Shown here piece by piece: positions 18,777-28,600 of a stretch of 64,000 bases of DNA. How positions within the stretch are numbered: the first letter of the stretch is position 1; each line of letters begins with the position of its first letter. The stretch is taken from the NCBI GenBank assembly GCA_011191985.1, contig DUEU01000002.1, positions 11,574-75,573 on the forward strand, given 5' to 3'. A model generated the notes under the pieces. It did no database searches and was not told where the DNA came from. It was given only the letters and a program-made list of their open reading frames with translations. The translations under genes were made by a program, and so were the position numbers. Origin of the DNA: Dehalococcoidia bacterium (GTDB lineage: Bacteria; Chloroflexota; Dehalococcoidia; Dehalococcoidales; W111).

Positions 18777-19700
18777 ATGGGTGACTACATTTTTCGAAAT
18801 TATCGTGCCTCAGATTTCAGCCGCTTTGCCCGATTAAAAGTCAAAGCGGCGAGGTCGTCCCCGGGAAGATATCGTCTCTCACCACAGGTAATCCACGAGA
18901 GTTTAGAGCCGCCAGACTATTCGCCTGAGCAAGACCTGTTTCTTGTTGAGTTTTCGGCAAAAGTTGTTGGCTATCTGGATGTCCGGCCGGAGATGAGCAT
19001 TGGACGGGTCATCCTTGATTGCTTCATAGTTCCAGAGCACCGCCGGCAGGGCTTAGCCACCAGGCTTTTTTCTTATGCTGCGCAGCGGGCCAATGCAATA
19101 GGGGCAAAAGCCGTCCATGTGCCGGTTCGCCAGGACAAAGTCGTTGCCAAGAGGTTGCTGGCCAGGCTGGGTTTCCATCCGGTTCGCCGTTTTCACGAAC
19201 TCAGACTTGACCTTGCCGAGTTCCACCCCACCATGTCGGCCTCCAGTTTTCCGATTCGCCATTTCCAGGATGGTGATGAGGGAAAACTGGTCGAAATCCA
19301 GAACCGCTCCTTTGCCGGTACCTGGGGATACAGTCCCAACACGGTGGAGGCAATAAAATATCGCTGCTCTATGAGCAACACCTCTCTGGAAGGGATACTC
19401 ATCGCCTATAAGGGAGAAAGCCCCGTTGGCTATTGCTGGACGAGGATAGAGCCGGCAGAAAAAACACGCGCCGACGAAAGCACGGGCCAAATCTTTATGC
19501 TTGGGGTAGAGCCGGGCTACCGAAATAAGGGCATCGGCAGGGCGTTGTTGCTGGCGGGCCTAGCCTATCTTAAGGGTAAGGGCCTGCGGTTCGCTCAACT
19601 GACGGTTGATAGTGAAAACACAGCCGCCATTGCTCTTTACCGCTCTCTTGGTTTTGAAGTATGGGATAGCAGCCTATGGTATGAAAAGAGGCTGGACTAG
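18777..19700 (+). CDS. Double-GNAT acetyltransferase, mycothiol synthase (MshD)-like architecture
   Basis: Two GNAT halves. The second half, MLGVEPGYRNKGIGRALLLAGL...LTVDSENTAAIALYRSLGFEVW, resembles the MshD C-terminal domain as I recall it. The probable ATG at 18777 is divergent from the deacetylase. Confidence 0.75.
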   Translation: MGDYIFRNYRASDFSRFARLKVKAARSSPGRYRLSPQVIHESLEPPDYSPEQDLFLVEFSAKVVGYLDVRPEMSIGRVILDCFIVPEHRRQGLATRLFSYAAQRANAIGAKAVHVPVRQDKVVAKRLLARLGFHPVRRFHELRLDLAEFHPTMSASSFPIRHFQDGDEGKLVEIQNRSFAGTWGYSPNTVEAIKYRCSMSNTSLEGILIAYKGESPVGYCWTRIEPAEKTRADESTGQIFMLGVEPGYRNKGIGRALLLAGLAYLKGKGLRFAQLTVDSENTAAIALYRSLGFEVWDSSLWYEKRLD

Positions 19701-20926
19701 TTGTTATGGGGCAGATAATCGGCCAATACCTTCTGGCATTCCTCAGCAATCATCCTGGTGATACTCGACCAGCCGAATCTAACCACTGACGCCCGCATTT
19801 CATTGACTCGCTTGTCTTTACTATTTGCCCGGGCAAGAATAAGGGATAACTTTTCGGCAAGGAGGTGGGGGTCGTTATTCTTCACCACATATCCTGTTTC
19901 CCCTTGGCGGATAATTTCTTCCATGCCGCCGACCCGGGTAGCGACCACCGGTGTCCCGCAGGCCAGGGATTCTAAGGCCACCAGACCAAAGCTTTCTGAA
20001 TAGGAGGGAATGACACAGACATCAGCGGCGCTATAGAAAGCGGGTAGCTCCGTCTGCTTCACTGAACCCGTGAAGGTGACCAGGTCCGATATCTTTAAGT
20101 CCCGAGACAGCTGCTGTAATCTCGCCACCTCATCCCGGCTGTGAATATCACCACCGACTATCAGAAGCCGGAGGCCTGGCTCGTCTTTCAAATAGGTCAG
20201 GGCTCTGAGTAATAAGTCCAGGCCCTTTATTGGCTCTATTCTGCCCACAAACAGGATGACCTTATGACTGGTAAGGCCAAGATGTCTTTTCGCATCGTCG
20301 CTGTTCACAGGTTGAAACAGGTCAAGGTTCACGCCGCAGGGGATGATGCTGATAGCTTCCGGCGGGGTATTGTAGTACGCAATGAGCTGTTCCTTTTCCT
20401 GCTCAGTGGCGGCGATGATGCCGTAACAGTAGTTGACCAGGTCTCTCTCTGCCTCGATGCGAAGCTCGGGCTCATCCTCGCCGATGCCAAGGGCGTTCTT
20501 AACAGCGCCCAGGGTATGAAACATTATGATGTGGGGGGCGTCCCACGAGAGTTGCAGAGACTTACCGGCCCAGCCGGAAAGCCAGTAGTGGCTGAATATC
20601 AGGTCGTATCGAAGACCGTTTTCCTTCTTGAAGTTCTCCAGATTAAAAACGAATTCTGGCAGATGGTTATATATTTCCAGTTTGGGGATGTCTGCACTCT
20701 CACCGGCTTTGAGATGGACCAGTCGGGCATTCTGGCCCAGCTCTATAATCTGAGGCTCACCGGCGTCGTGAATACGGGTGTAGACATCCACCAGGTGTCC
20801 CTCTTTCCCCAGCTGGCCGGCCAGCTCACGGACATAAACATTCATGCCGCCGGTATCTCTGCCGCCCAGGCTACCCATCGGACAGCTGTGGACACTGAGC
20901 AGGGCTAATTTGAGCTTTCTGGCCAC
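19697..20926 (-). CDS. GT4 glycosyltransferase, MshA-like (UDP-GlcNAc-dependent retaining GT)
   Basis: Motifs DTGGMNVYVRELA, FSHYWLSG, HTLGAVKN and ESFGLVALESLACGTPVVATRVGG parallel MshA motifs (GGMNVY, HSHYWLSG, HTLAAVKN). Confidence 0.8.
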   Translation of the reverse strand: MARKLKLALLSVHSCPMGSLGGRDTGGMNVYVRELAGQLGKEGHLVDVYTRIHDAGEPQIIELGQNARLVHLKAGESADIPKLEIYNHLPEFVFNLENFKKENGLRYDLIFSHYWLSGWAGKSLQLSWDAPHIIMFHTLGAVKNALGIGEDEPELRIEAERDLVNYCYGIIAATEQEKEQLIAYYNTPPEAISIIPCGVNLDLFQPVNSDDAKRHLGLTSHKVILFVGRIEPIKGLDLLLRALTYLKDEPGLRLLIVGGDIHSRDEVARLQQLSRDLKISDLVTFTGSVKQTELPAFYSAADVCVIPSYSESFGLVALESLACGTPVVATRVGGMEEIIRQGETGYVVKNNDPHLLAEKLSLILARANSKDKRVNEMRASVVRFGWSSITRMIAEECQKVLADYLPHNN

Positions 20927-20977
20927 CGTCGCCGCCCTTTCATCGGTAAATATTAAGAGAGTATAGCCCGGTTAATG

Positions 20978-21958
20978 TCACCCGAACGCTATCTGGCAGC
21001 TATATATCGGTACCTCTCTTCCCCCCAGGTGGTACTTATAATGTTCGCCGCCCTTTAGAAAATCGAACCTTTTCTTCCCCGTCTGGATGCTGTCTTTAAT
21101 GCAGAGGACTTTGGAGAGTATGCCCACGCTGAAAGGACTGTATTCAGGGTCATAGCCACTGTTATACAGGTATAAGGTATTATTGTAGTCGAAACCCATG
21201 ATCGCCGCCACCGGTATGTCATCAAGTTCCAGAACGGCTGACCTAAGCAGTCCGGCTTCAGCCATGGCTTCGGCCAGGGAGGTAAAGAAAGCCCTCATCG
21301 TCTCGGTCATAAATGTTGCTTTGTCCGACCGGCTCTCCGAAAACAATTTTATAAAAACAGCCATGAAATCCGGGACAGATTCACCCTTCTCAATAACACG
21401 ATAGTTTATCTTACCTCTCTCCTCTAACCGCCTTAGTTTTCGCCCGACCTCGTGCCGCTGCTTGCTTTTTAGCACCCCCAGATATTCGTCCCAGGTGGTC
21501 GGCAGGTCCAGTTCCAGCGTAATATCGTCTTGTTGCGAAGTAACCTGGCACCCCGATTTTTCGGCGGTTTCCACCAGATAGGAAACTGTCGCGGAGTCGG
21601 GTCTTAGCGACACCAGGTCTAGGTGACTGACCCCCTTCTGCTTCAAATCATTAAGTAACGTCTTAAAGAAATCGCGTTCTCTTCCCGGGGCAACAATGAA
21701 GTCCAGATAGTCACAGACATCGGCACTGCCGACTATGGAAGCTGACCTGTCTTTAATCATGAGGGGAGCAATGCCGATGACCTTTTCCCCCTGCCTGACC
21801 GCAGCCAGATGAAGCTCGGCTTCGGGGCCAAATGTCTGCCACCACACTTCCAGCCACGGCGGTAATACGAAAGGTATCGCCCACTTCAGGCCATTGTCTG
21901 GGTCTGCCCAGCATGAGGTGAGACTGGCAAAACTTTCCTTGGTAACGGTATAAGCCAT
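20978..21958 (-). CDS. Fem/CelD/BioF2-like GNAT-fold acyltransferase (Acetyltransf_6-like)
   Basis: About 326 aa from the ATG at 21958. C-terminal FDFLKGGEHYKYHLGG is typical of the CelD-like family. Function unknown. Confidence 0.6.
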   Translation of the reverse strand: MAYTVTKESFASLTSCWADPDNGLKWAIPFVLPPWLEVWWQTFGPEAELHLAAVRQGEKVIGIAPLMIKDRSASIVGSADVCDYLDFIVAPGRERDFFKTLLNDLKQKGVSHLDLVSLRPDSATVSYLVETAEKSGCQVTSQQDDITLELDLPTTWDEYLGVLKSKQRHEVGRKLRRLEERGKINYRVIEKGESVPDFMAVFIKLFSESRSDKATFMTETMRAFFTSLAEAMAEAGLLRSAVLELDDIPVAAIMGFDYNNTLYLYNSGYDPEYSPFSVGILSKVLCIKDSIQTGKKRFDFLKGGEHYKYHLGGREVPIYSCQIAFG

Positions 21959-22058
21959 AGGTACGGGAAGTAGTGTAGCATTTAAGCCCGGCCGAATCAA
22001 TTAAGAGGCAGTGGCGAGATAGCGAAGATGTTATAATAGTGTCTCAGAGAACAATAAC

Positions 22059-23264
22059 ATGAAGGCAGTAGTTCTAGCCGCGGGTGAGGGAAAACGGATG
22101 CGTCCCCTCACCGCCACCCGGCCCAAGGAGATGCTCCCTATCGCCAATAAGCCGATACTGGAGCATCTGCTTGCCGAATTCAAAAAGGCCGGCGTAGCTG
22201 AGTTTGTCTTCGTCGTCGGCTATCATGATGAGACTGTGCGCGACTACTTTGGCGACGGCCGGAAGTGGGCAGTCGGTATTGAATACGTCACTCAGCAGGA
22301 GCCGCACGGTACCGCCCATGCCGTGCAGATGGTCGGGGAGCGTATTGACGAAAATTTCCTGCTGGTAAACGGGGACATCATCGTGACGGCGCCTGACATT
22401 GATAAGCTCCTAAGTAAAAAACCACCTGCTTTGTGCCTTATTGAAGCTGAAGATGCTAAGGAGACCGGCGCGGTGCGGGTAAAGGGGAAAAGGGTAACGA
22501 TGATTATGGAGAAGGCCGAAACACCTCCTTCCCCCCTGGTCAACGCCGGGTTGTATTTCCTGGATAAACGCATCTTTGCGGCCATATCAAAGACAGGGGA
22601 ATCAGTGCGGGGTGAATATGAGCTTACCGATGCCCTCCAGCTCTTGATTGATGAAGGCACACCGGTCTCTTATGAACGGCTTGACCACTGGCTCCACGTG
22701 AGCTACCCCTGGGACCTGCTTACCGCTAACGAGACCCTGCTTAGCACCAGTGCTGGTGGCAACCTGGGAGAGGTCGAGGCAGGGGCCACCATAAAGGGGC
22801 CGGTGTCTATCGGGCGGGGCACCACCGTGAGGGCCGGCTCATACATTGTTGGCCCCGTAATCATCGGCGAGAATTGCGAAATAGGTCCCAACTGCTATAT
22901 CCGCCCCAGTACGGCCATAGGGTCTGGCTGTCATATCGGGGCTGCCGTCGAAGTGAAGAATTCCATCATCATGAGAGGCACGAAGTTGCCCCATCATAAC
23001 TATGTGGGCGACAGTATAGTGGGTGAAGACTGCAACTTTGGCGCCGGGGCCAAGATAGCCAACCTGAGGCTGGATAAGGAAGAGATTGCTGTCGCCGGGA
23101 TAGAGACCAAAAGACGGAAGCTGGGCGCCGTCATCGGTGATAAGGTGGAAATTGGCATTAATGTCTCCATCGACGTTGGTAGCCTGATTGGTGACCACTC
23201 GTTCATTGGGCCGGGCGAGGTGGTAAATGGTATAATATTACCGAATTCACGGATTTTTGGGTAG
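22059..23264 (+). CDS. Bifunctional sugar-1-phosphate nucleotidyltransferase / LbH acetyltransferase (archaeal-type GlmU-like)
   Basis: N-terminal VLAAGEGKRMRPLT (NTP_transferase). C-terminal hexapeptide-repeat region. 401 aa. Confidence 0.85.
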   Translation: MKAVVLAAGEGKRMRPLTATRPKEMLPIANKPILEHLLAEFKKAGVAEFVFVVGYHDETVRDYFGDGRKWAVGIEYVTQQEPHGTAHAVQMVGERIDENFLLVNGDIIVTAPDIDKLLSKKPPALCLIEAEDAKETGAVRVKGKRVTMIMEKAETPPSPLVNAGLYFLDKRIFAAISKTGESVRGEYELTDALQLLIDEGTPVSYERLDHWLHVSYPWDLLTANETLLSTSAGGNLGEVEAGATIKGPVSIGRGTTVRAGSYIVGPVIIGENCEIGPNCYIRPSTAIGSGCHIGAAVEVKNSIIMRGTKLPHHNYVGDSIVGEDCNFGAGAKIANLRLDKEEIAVAGIETKRRKLGAVIGDKVEIGINVSIDVGSLIGDHSFIGPGEVVNGIILPNSRIFG

Positions 23265-23269
23265 CGAAT

Positions 23270-25051
23270 TTGTGCGGCATTGTGGGTTACATCGGCGAAA
23301 GAGAAGCCCTGCCGGTACTCATCAGTTCCCTAAAGCGGTTAGAGTATCGGGGCTATGATTCCTGTGGGCTCGCCCTTCTAGAAGACGAGATAGCAGTTTT
23401 CAAGGGTAGGGGCAGGATAGAAAAGCTTCAGCAGAACCTGCCGCCATCGCCGGCCAGGATAGGCATTGGTCACACCCGCTGGGCAACGCACGGGAAACCA
23501 TCAAAGGAAAATGCCCATCCTCATCTTGCCTGCAATGGCCGCATTGCCGTGGTTCACAACGGTGTGATTACCAACTTCCAGAAACTCAAGGAAAGGCTGC
23601 TTGCTGAAGGGCATACTTTCACCTCCGAAACGGATACCGAGGTCATCGCTCATGTTATAGAGAGCTACTATCGGGGTGACCTGCTGGACGCCGTGGCCAG
23701 GGCGCTGAAAGAAATCAGCGGGTCCTATGCTATTGCCGTGATTAGCCCGGGATACGATGGGATAATAGTAGCCAGAAATGAAATCCCCTTGTTGATCGGC
23801 GTAGGGGAGGGGGAATTCATCGTGGCCTCCGATGTTGCCGGGATTCTGGAACAAACGCGGCGGGTGATATATCTTGAGGATGGTGATATTGGCTCTATAT
23901 CCAGGGGAGCGGTGAGGATTTTTAACAACGGGCTGCCAGCCGAGCGAAGGGAGCAGCAGGTCCCCTGGAATATAGAAGAGGCACAAAGGGGCGGCTATAA
24001 GCATTTCATGCTCAAGGAGATTCATGAGCAGCCAGAGATGATTGACGAAATGGTAAAGCGCTATATCAGTGCCACGGGAGTAAAGTTTGAGCCGGGATTA
24101 GCCGGGGGTACGGACTTCACCGATATCCTGCTCCTTGCCTGTGGCACATCCTACTATGCTGCTCTGGCTGGTGAGCATATCCTGAAAAAACTGGGCCAGA
24201 TTCCGGTGCACGCGGCGCTTTCCTCCGAGTTTAACTACTCTGACACTATTCTGCGCAAGACACTGGCTATAGCCATCACCCAGTCCGGTGAGACTGCGGA
24301 CACCATTAAGGCATTGAGAGAAGCCAAGAAAAGAGGCTGCCCCTCCCTGGCCATAACCAATGTTATCGGGAGCAGTATAACCAGAGTAGCTGATGCCACG
24401 TTTTATCTTATGGCCGGACCGGAAATCTCGGTGGCCGCTACCAAGAGTTTCACTGCCCAGCTCATTGCCCTCTATCTCCTGGCATTATCTCTGGGAAAGA
24501 TAGACCCTGCTTTCCAGAAAAAGCTGGCTGATGAGTTGAGAGGACTTCCCCAGAAGGTAGCTATGGTTTTAACTGAAGAAGAGAAAATCGCCAAAATTGG
24601 CCGATACCTCGCCGTGTGTGACAACGTTTTCTTCATCGGGCGGGGATTAAATCTGGCTATTGCTCTTGAGGGGGCGCTCAAGTTTAAAGAAATCTGTTAT
24701 ATTCATGCCGAAGGTTATCCGGCGGGGGAACTTTTACATGGCCCGTTGGCCCTTCTCAATCCCATGATGCCGGTGATAGCCATCGTAGCTCCGGATGGCA
24801 CTCACGATATGACCCTCACCAACATAAAAGAGATAAAGGCGCGTGGCGCACCGGTGATTGCCCTCGCTCCAGAGGACGACAGTGAAATCGAGAAATATAC
24901 CGACCGTGTTATTAGAACACCTCAGGTCAACTCTCTTTTCTCACCGGTAACTAATACTATAGTGCTCCAGCTCCTGGCCTACTACACGGCACAGGAGAGG
25001 GGGTCCCCGATAGATATGCCGAGACACTTGGCTAAGACCGTGACTGTATAG
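23270..25051 (+). CDS. glmS: Glutamine--fructose-6-phosphate aminotransferase
   Basis: TTG start followed by CGIVGYIG (N-terminal nucleophile Cys). Two SIS domains (LLLACGTSYYA). C-terminal PRHLAKTVTV. Confidence 0.95.
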   Translation: MCGIVGYIGEREALPVLISSLKRLEYRGYDSCGLALLEDEIAVFKGRGRIEKLQQNLPPSPARIGIGHTRWATHGKPSKENAHPHLACNGRIAVVHNGVITNFQKLKERLLAEGHTFTSETDTEVIAHVIESYYRGDLLDAVARALKEISGSYAIAVISPGYDGIIVARNEIPLLIGVGEGEFIVASDVAGILEQTRRVIYLEDGDIGSISRGAVRIFNNGLPAERREQQVPWNIEEAQRGGYKHFMLKEIHEQPEMIDEMVKRYISATGVKFEPGLAGGTDFTDILLLACGTSYYAALAGEHILKKLGQIPVHAALSSEFNYSDTILRKTLAIAITQSGETADTIKALREAKKRGCPSLAITNVIGSSITRVADATFYLMAGPEISVAATKSFTAQLIALYLLALSLGKIDPAFQKKLADELRGLPQKVAMVLTEEEKIAKIGRYLAVCDNVFFIGRGLNLAIALEGALKFKEICYIHAEGYPAGELLHGPLALLNPMMPVIAIVAPDGTHDMTLTNIKEIKARGAPVIALAPEDDSEIEKYTDRVIRTPQVNSLFSPVTNTIVLQLLAYYTAQERGSPIDMPRHLAKTVTV

Positions 25052-25206
25052 TAGCACAGTAGGTTAAGTGGGCTGATTCCCAGCCCCCGCCTCTGGTGAC
25101 AAATTTGGCCGGTGGTGGGCTTATATGGGACCCTCTTCTTTCTGGCTTTAATGGTTGCCACCAACCTGCTTTTCCCCGGATGTCCTTTTAATGGGCATCG
25201 GTGAGT

Positions 25207-25258
25207 TTGACAAACAATATATCTATATGTTAATATTGAAATATACTAATATACTGTG
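25207..25258 (+). promoter_or_regulatory. AT-rich promoter/operator candidate upstream of the ArsR gene
   Basis: Contains TTGACA (25207-25212), an imperfect inverted repeat CAATAT-N12-ATATTG, and a direct repeat ATATACT-A-ATATACT. Confidence 0.3.
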
Positions 25259-25280
25259 TCTCAAGGAGGATTTCTCAAAC

Positions 25281-25616
25281 ATGGTGGATCACAGTAGAAA
25301 TGAAGTATTACGCTTACAAGCCGAGCTATGTAAATCACTGTCTGACCCGAAACGCCTCCAGATAATCCAGGAGCTACGCGGCGGTGAAAAGTCCGTCAGC
25401 GAACTGGCTGGTATACTGGAGCTCAAGCAATCAAACACTTCGCAGCACCTCGCCGTACTGCGGCGGATAGGTGTTATTACCCCGCGTAAAGAGGGCAACT
25501 CCGTTTATTACTGTTTGGCTGATGCCAGGATAGCTGACGCCTGTGATCTGGTGCATGAGGTTATCGCTGACCAGCTGCGCCAGAGCCGGAAGCTCTCCAG
25601 ACTGATACAAGTATAG
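25281..25616 (+). CDS. ArsR/SmtB-family transcriptional regulator
   Basis: ATG at 25281 after AAGGAGGA. HTH region: LSDPKRLQIIQELRGGEKSVSELAGILELKQSNTSQHLAVLRRIGVI. Confidence 0.85.
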   Translation: MVDHSRNEVLRLQAELCKSLSDPKRLQIIQELRGGEKSVSELAGILELKQSNTSQHLAVLRRIGVITPRKEGNSVYYCLADARIADACDLVHEVIADQLRQSRKLSRLIQV

Positions 25617-25643
25617 GACAAACTGTACCGGGGAGGGAAGAAA

Positions 25644-28600
25644 ATGGGTATAAGCAGTAAAAAACTGCGTAATGACCTCCAGAAAATGTTCGAAAACTGC
25701 GTCTCCTTCAGTAGACTGGAAAGAAAGCTTTACGGGCACGACATCGCCGCCATGCCCGGACTGGTTAAACCCTTCGTTGGGAATACCGTTCCGGGCGCCG
25801 TGGTGCAGCCTCAGACAGAGGATGAGCTAGTCGAACTGGTGAAATGGGCGGGCCAAAACGGGGTAGCCCTCACCCCGCGCGGTAGCGCTTCGGCGGGCTA
25901 CGGCGGGGTGCTACCGGTCCGGGGTGGCGTCGTCGTTGATTTCTACCGTCTGCGTGCCATTAAGAGCGTAGATAAAGAAAAACAGATGGTAACCGTGGAA
26001 CCAGGCATCGTCTGGGAGAAGCTGGACAAGGAATTAATGAAGCAAGGTCTAACACTGCGGCTCTACCCCTCCAGCTATCCGTCGGCCACCGTTGGCGGCT
26101 GGCTGGCGCAGGGAGGTGCTGGCATTGGCTCGTTCGAGGCGGGCTGGTTCCGTGAAAATGTCCTGAGTGCCAGGGTAGTCATGCCCGACGGCTCGGTGAG
26201 GGAGTTTCGCGGCGACGACCTCGACCTTGTATCGTCCGCTGAGGGTATCACCGGGCTCATCAGCGAGGTGACCCTGCGCATCAAGCCGCTGGAAGACCTG
26301 GAGGTTGTCGCCATCGGCTGCCCAGATGCCTATGACCTGCAGAAGATGGCCCAGGAAATAATCGAGAAAAAACTGCCCATCTGGTCGCTGGTTTTCATCA
26401 ACCCGCGCATGGCCGAACTCAAGAACAAGGCACCGCTACTGGAGCACTTCGAGTTCCCGGTCGAGGAGAGGGTGCTCCTGCCGGCCTCCTACATCATGAC
26501 GCTGGCCTTCCGCAAGAAAGATAGTAAGGCGGTCGTGGATGGGCTTACCGAGGTCATGAAGCCATGCCAGGCGGAGCTACTCAGCGAGCGTATCGCCGAA
26601 CATGAATGGAAGAACCGCTTCAAGATAATGATTGTCAAGCGCCTGGGACCGAGCCTGGTGCCGGCCGAGGTGGTTATACCACTCTCCAGCCTGGGTGATG
26701 TCATGGCCGAGATTGAGGAGAAGATTGACCAGCCGGTAGTCAAAGAGGGTGTCGTCATCAGGGAGGGCGCTAGCGGTGAGCCGGAGGTGGTCATCCTCGG
26801 CTTTATCCCCAGCGACCAGCGCCGCTTCTCCTATAATTTCGTTTTTGCGCTGTCTCTGACCGTTATGAAAATCGCCGAGAAGCACGGTGGCCGGGCCTAT
26901 GCTACGGGGCTCTATTTTGCCGGTAAGGCTAAAAAGATAATGGGCGGGGACATTCTTAGCCGCCTCAAGGATTTTAAGAAAAGAGTTGACCCGAAGGGCA
27001 TCCTGAACCCTGGCAAGGTTGTTAACGGCGGCGCCGTCGGCGGCTTCATGAGTATCGCCCAGGCCTTTGAGCCCCTCATCCGCCCCCTAGGCAACCGCGT
27101 CGCTACCCGGATCGGGGAGAGGCCGACCAGACCGGTGCGGGGCATACCTGCCGATGTCGCCTGGTACGCCTACGGCTGCTCCCAGTGCGGATACTGTGTC
27201 CATGAGTGTGACCAGTTCTATGGACGCGGCTGGGAAAGCCAGAGCCCGCGCGGCAAGTGGTACTGGCTGCGCGAGTATATGGAGGGACGCGAGGAATGGG
27301 ACCAGTTTATGGTGGATACCATCCTCGTCTGCACTACCTGTGAGCTGTGCAACCTGCGCTGCTCGGCGTCGCTACCCATTGAGCCTTCCTGGATGAAGCT
27401 GCGTGGCCAGCTTATCGATGAGGAAAAGAAGATGACCTTCCCGCCCTTCGAGATGATGGCTGCCTCGCTCAACAAGGAGGGCGATATCTGGGCTGCCTAT
27501 CGCCGGAACCGCACCGACTGGTTCCCCAAGGAGCTCTGGGAGAAGCACGGCCCGTCCCACAAGGCGAAGGTGGCCTACTTCGCCGGCTGCACGGCCAGCC
27601 ATGTTGAGACGGATATCCCCATCGCCGCAGTGCGGCTCCTCGACGCCGCCGGGGTTGATTTTACCTACGCTGGCAATAAAGAGAACTGCTGCGGCACACC
27701 CATGCTCGTCGCCGGCAAGTGGGATGTCTTCGTCGAGACGATGAAGAAAAACATTGCCGCTATTAAAGAGGTCGGCGCCGATACCGTGGTTACCTCCTGC
27801 CCCGCCTGCGACATGATGTGGCGCCAGATATACCCCCGCTGGGCGGAGAAGCTGGGTATCGACTACGGTATCGAAGGCAAGCATTACTCTGAGCTAATTA
27901 CCGATAAGGTTAAAAGCGGTGAGTTCGCCTTCCCGGACAGCGGCAAGAAGCAGGCCGTAACCTTTCATGACTCGTGCCACATCAGCCGGGTGTCTAGTGT
28001 TTACGATGCGCCCAGGGACATGATAAAGGCGATTCCAGGGGTGACCCTTAAGGAGATGGAGCATAACCGGGAGTGGGCCCATTGCTGCGGCAGCGTGCTT
28101 ACCCTGATTAAAGAACCACCAGTGGCGGCCGAAATCGGCAAATCCCGAATGGATGAGGCGGTGGCCACAGGTGCGGAGAAGCTGCTGGCCCTGTGCCCGT
28201 GCTGCGAGTTCCAGTTCCGCGTTACCGCCGAGAAGAAAAATATCCCCATTGAGACCATCGACCTGGCACGCTTCGCCGCCGAAACGATGGGGTATGAACT
28301 GCCCGACCCCAAGCCGGAGGTGCAGAAGCAATGGGCTGTCTTTGAGGAGATGATTGCCCTGATGACGCCGGCAGGTTTCGCACAGCTTATGGGCACCATG
28401 TGGCCGGAGCTCATTGATGCTATGCCGCTGGGTATGGGTAAAATGATGCGTTTCATGGGCAAGATCCCGGGAAGTCTGGAGTTAATGAAGCCGTTGTTCC
28501 CCGTTCTGTTCCCCAGGCTGCTCCCAATGATGATGCCCAAGGTCATGCCGGTGATGCTGGAAAGAGTTGGTGAACGTATACCTATGCCCGACTACATGCG

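Noticed and set aside
20264-20908. 214-aa plus-strand ORF inside the MshA-like GT gene
   Set aside because: It is antisense to a CDS with strong GT4/MshA motifs and has no recognisable domain.
26075-28546. Numerous 75-181-aa ORFs on both strands within the 1029-aa fusion oxidoreductase gene
   Set aside because: All overlap a continuous 3-kb frame that carries FAD, ferredoxin and CCG motifs. They are shadow ORFs of GC-rich coding sequence.
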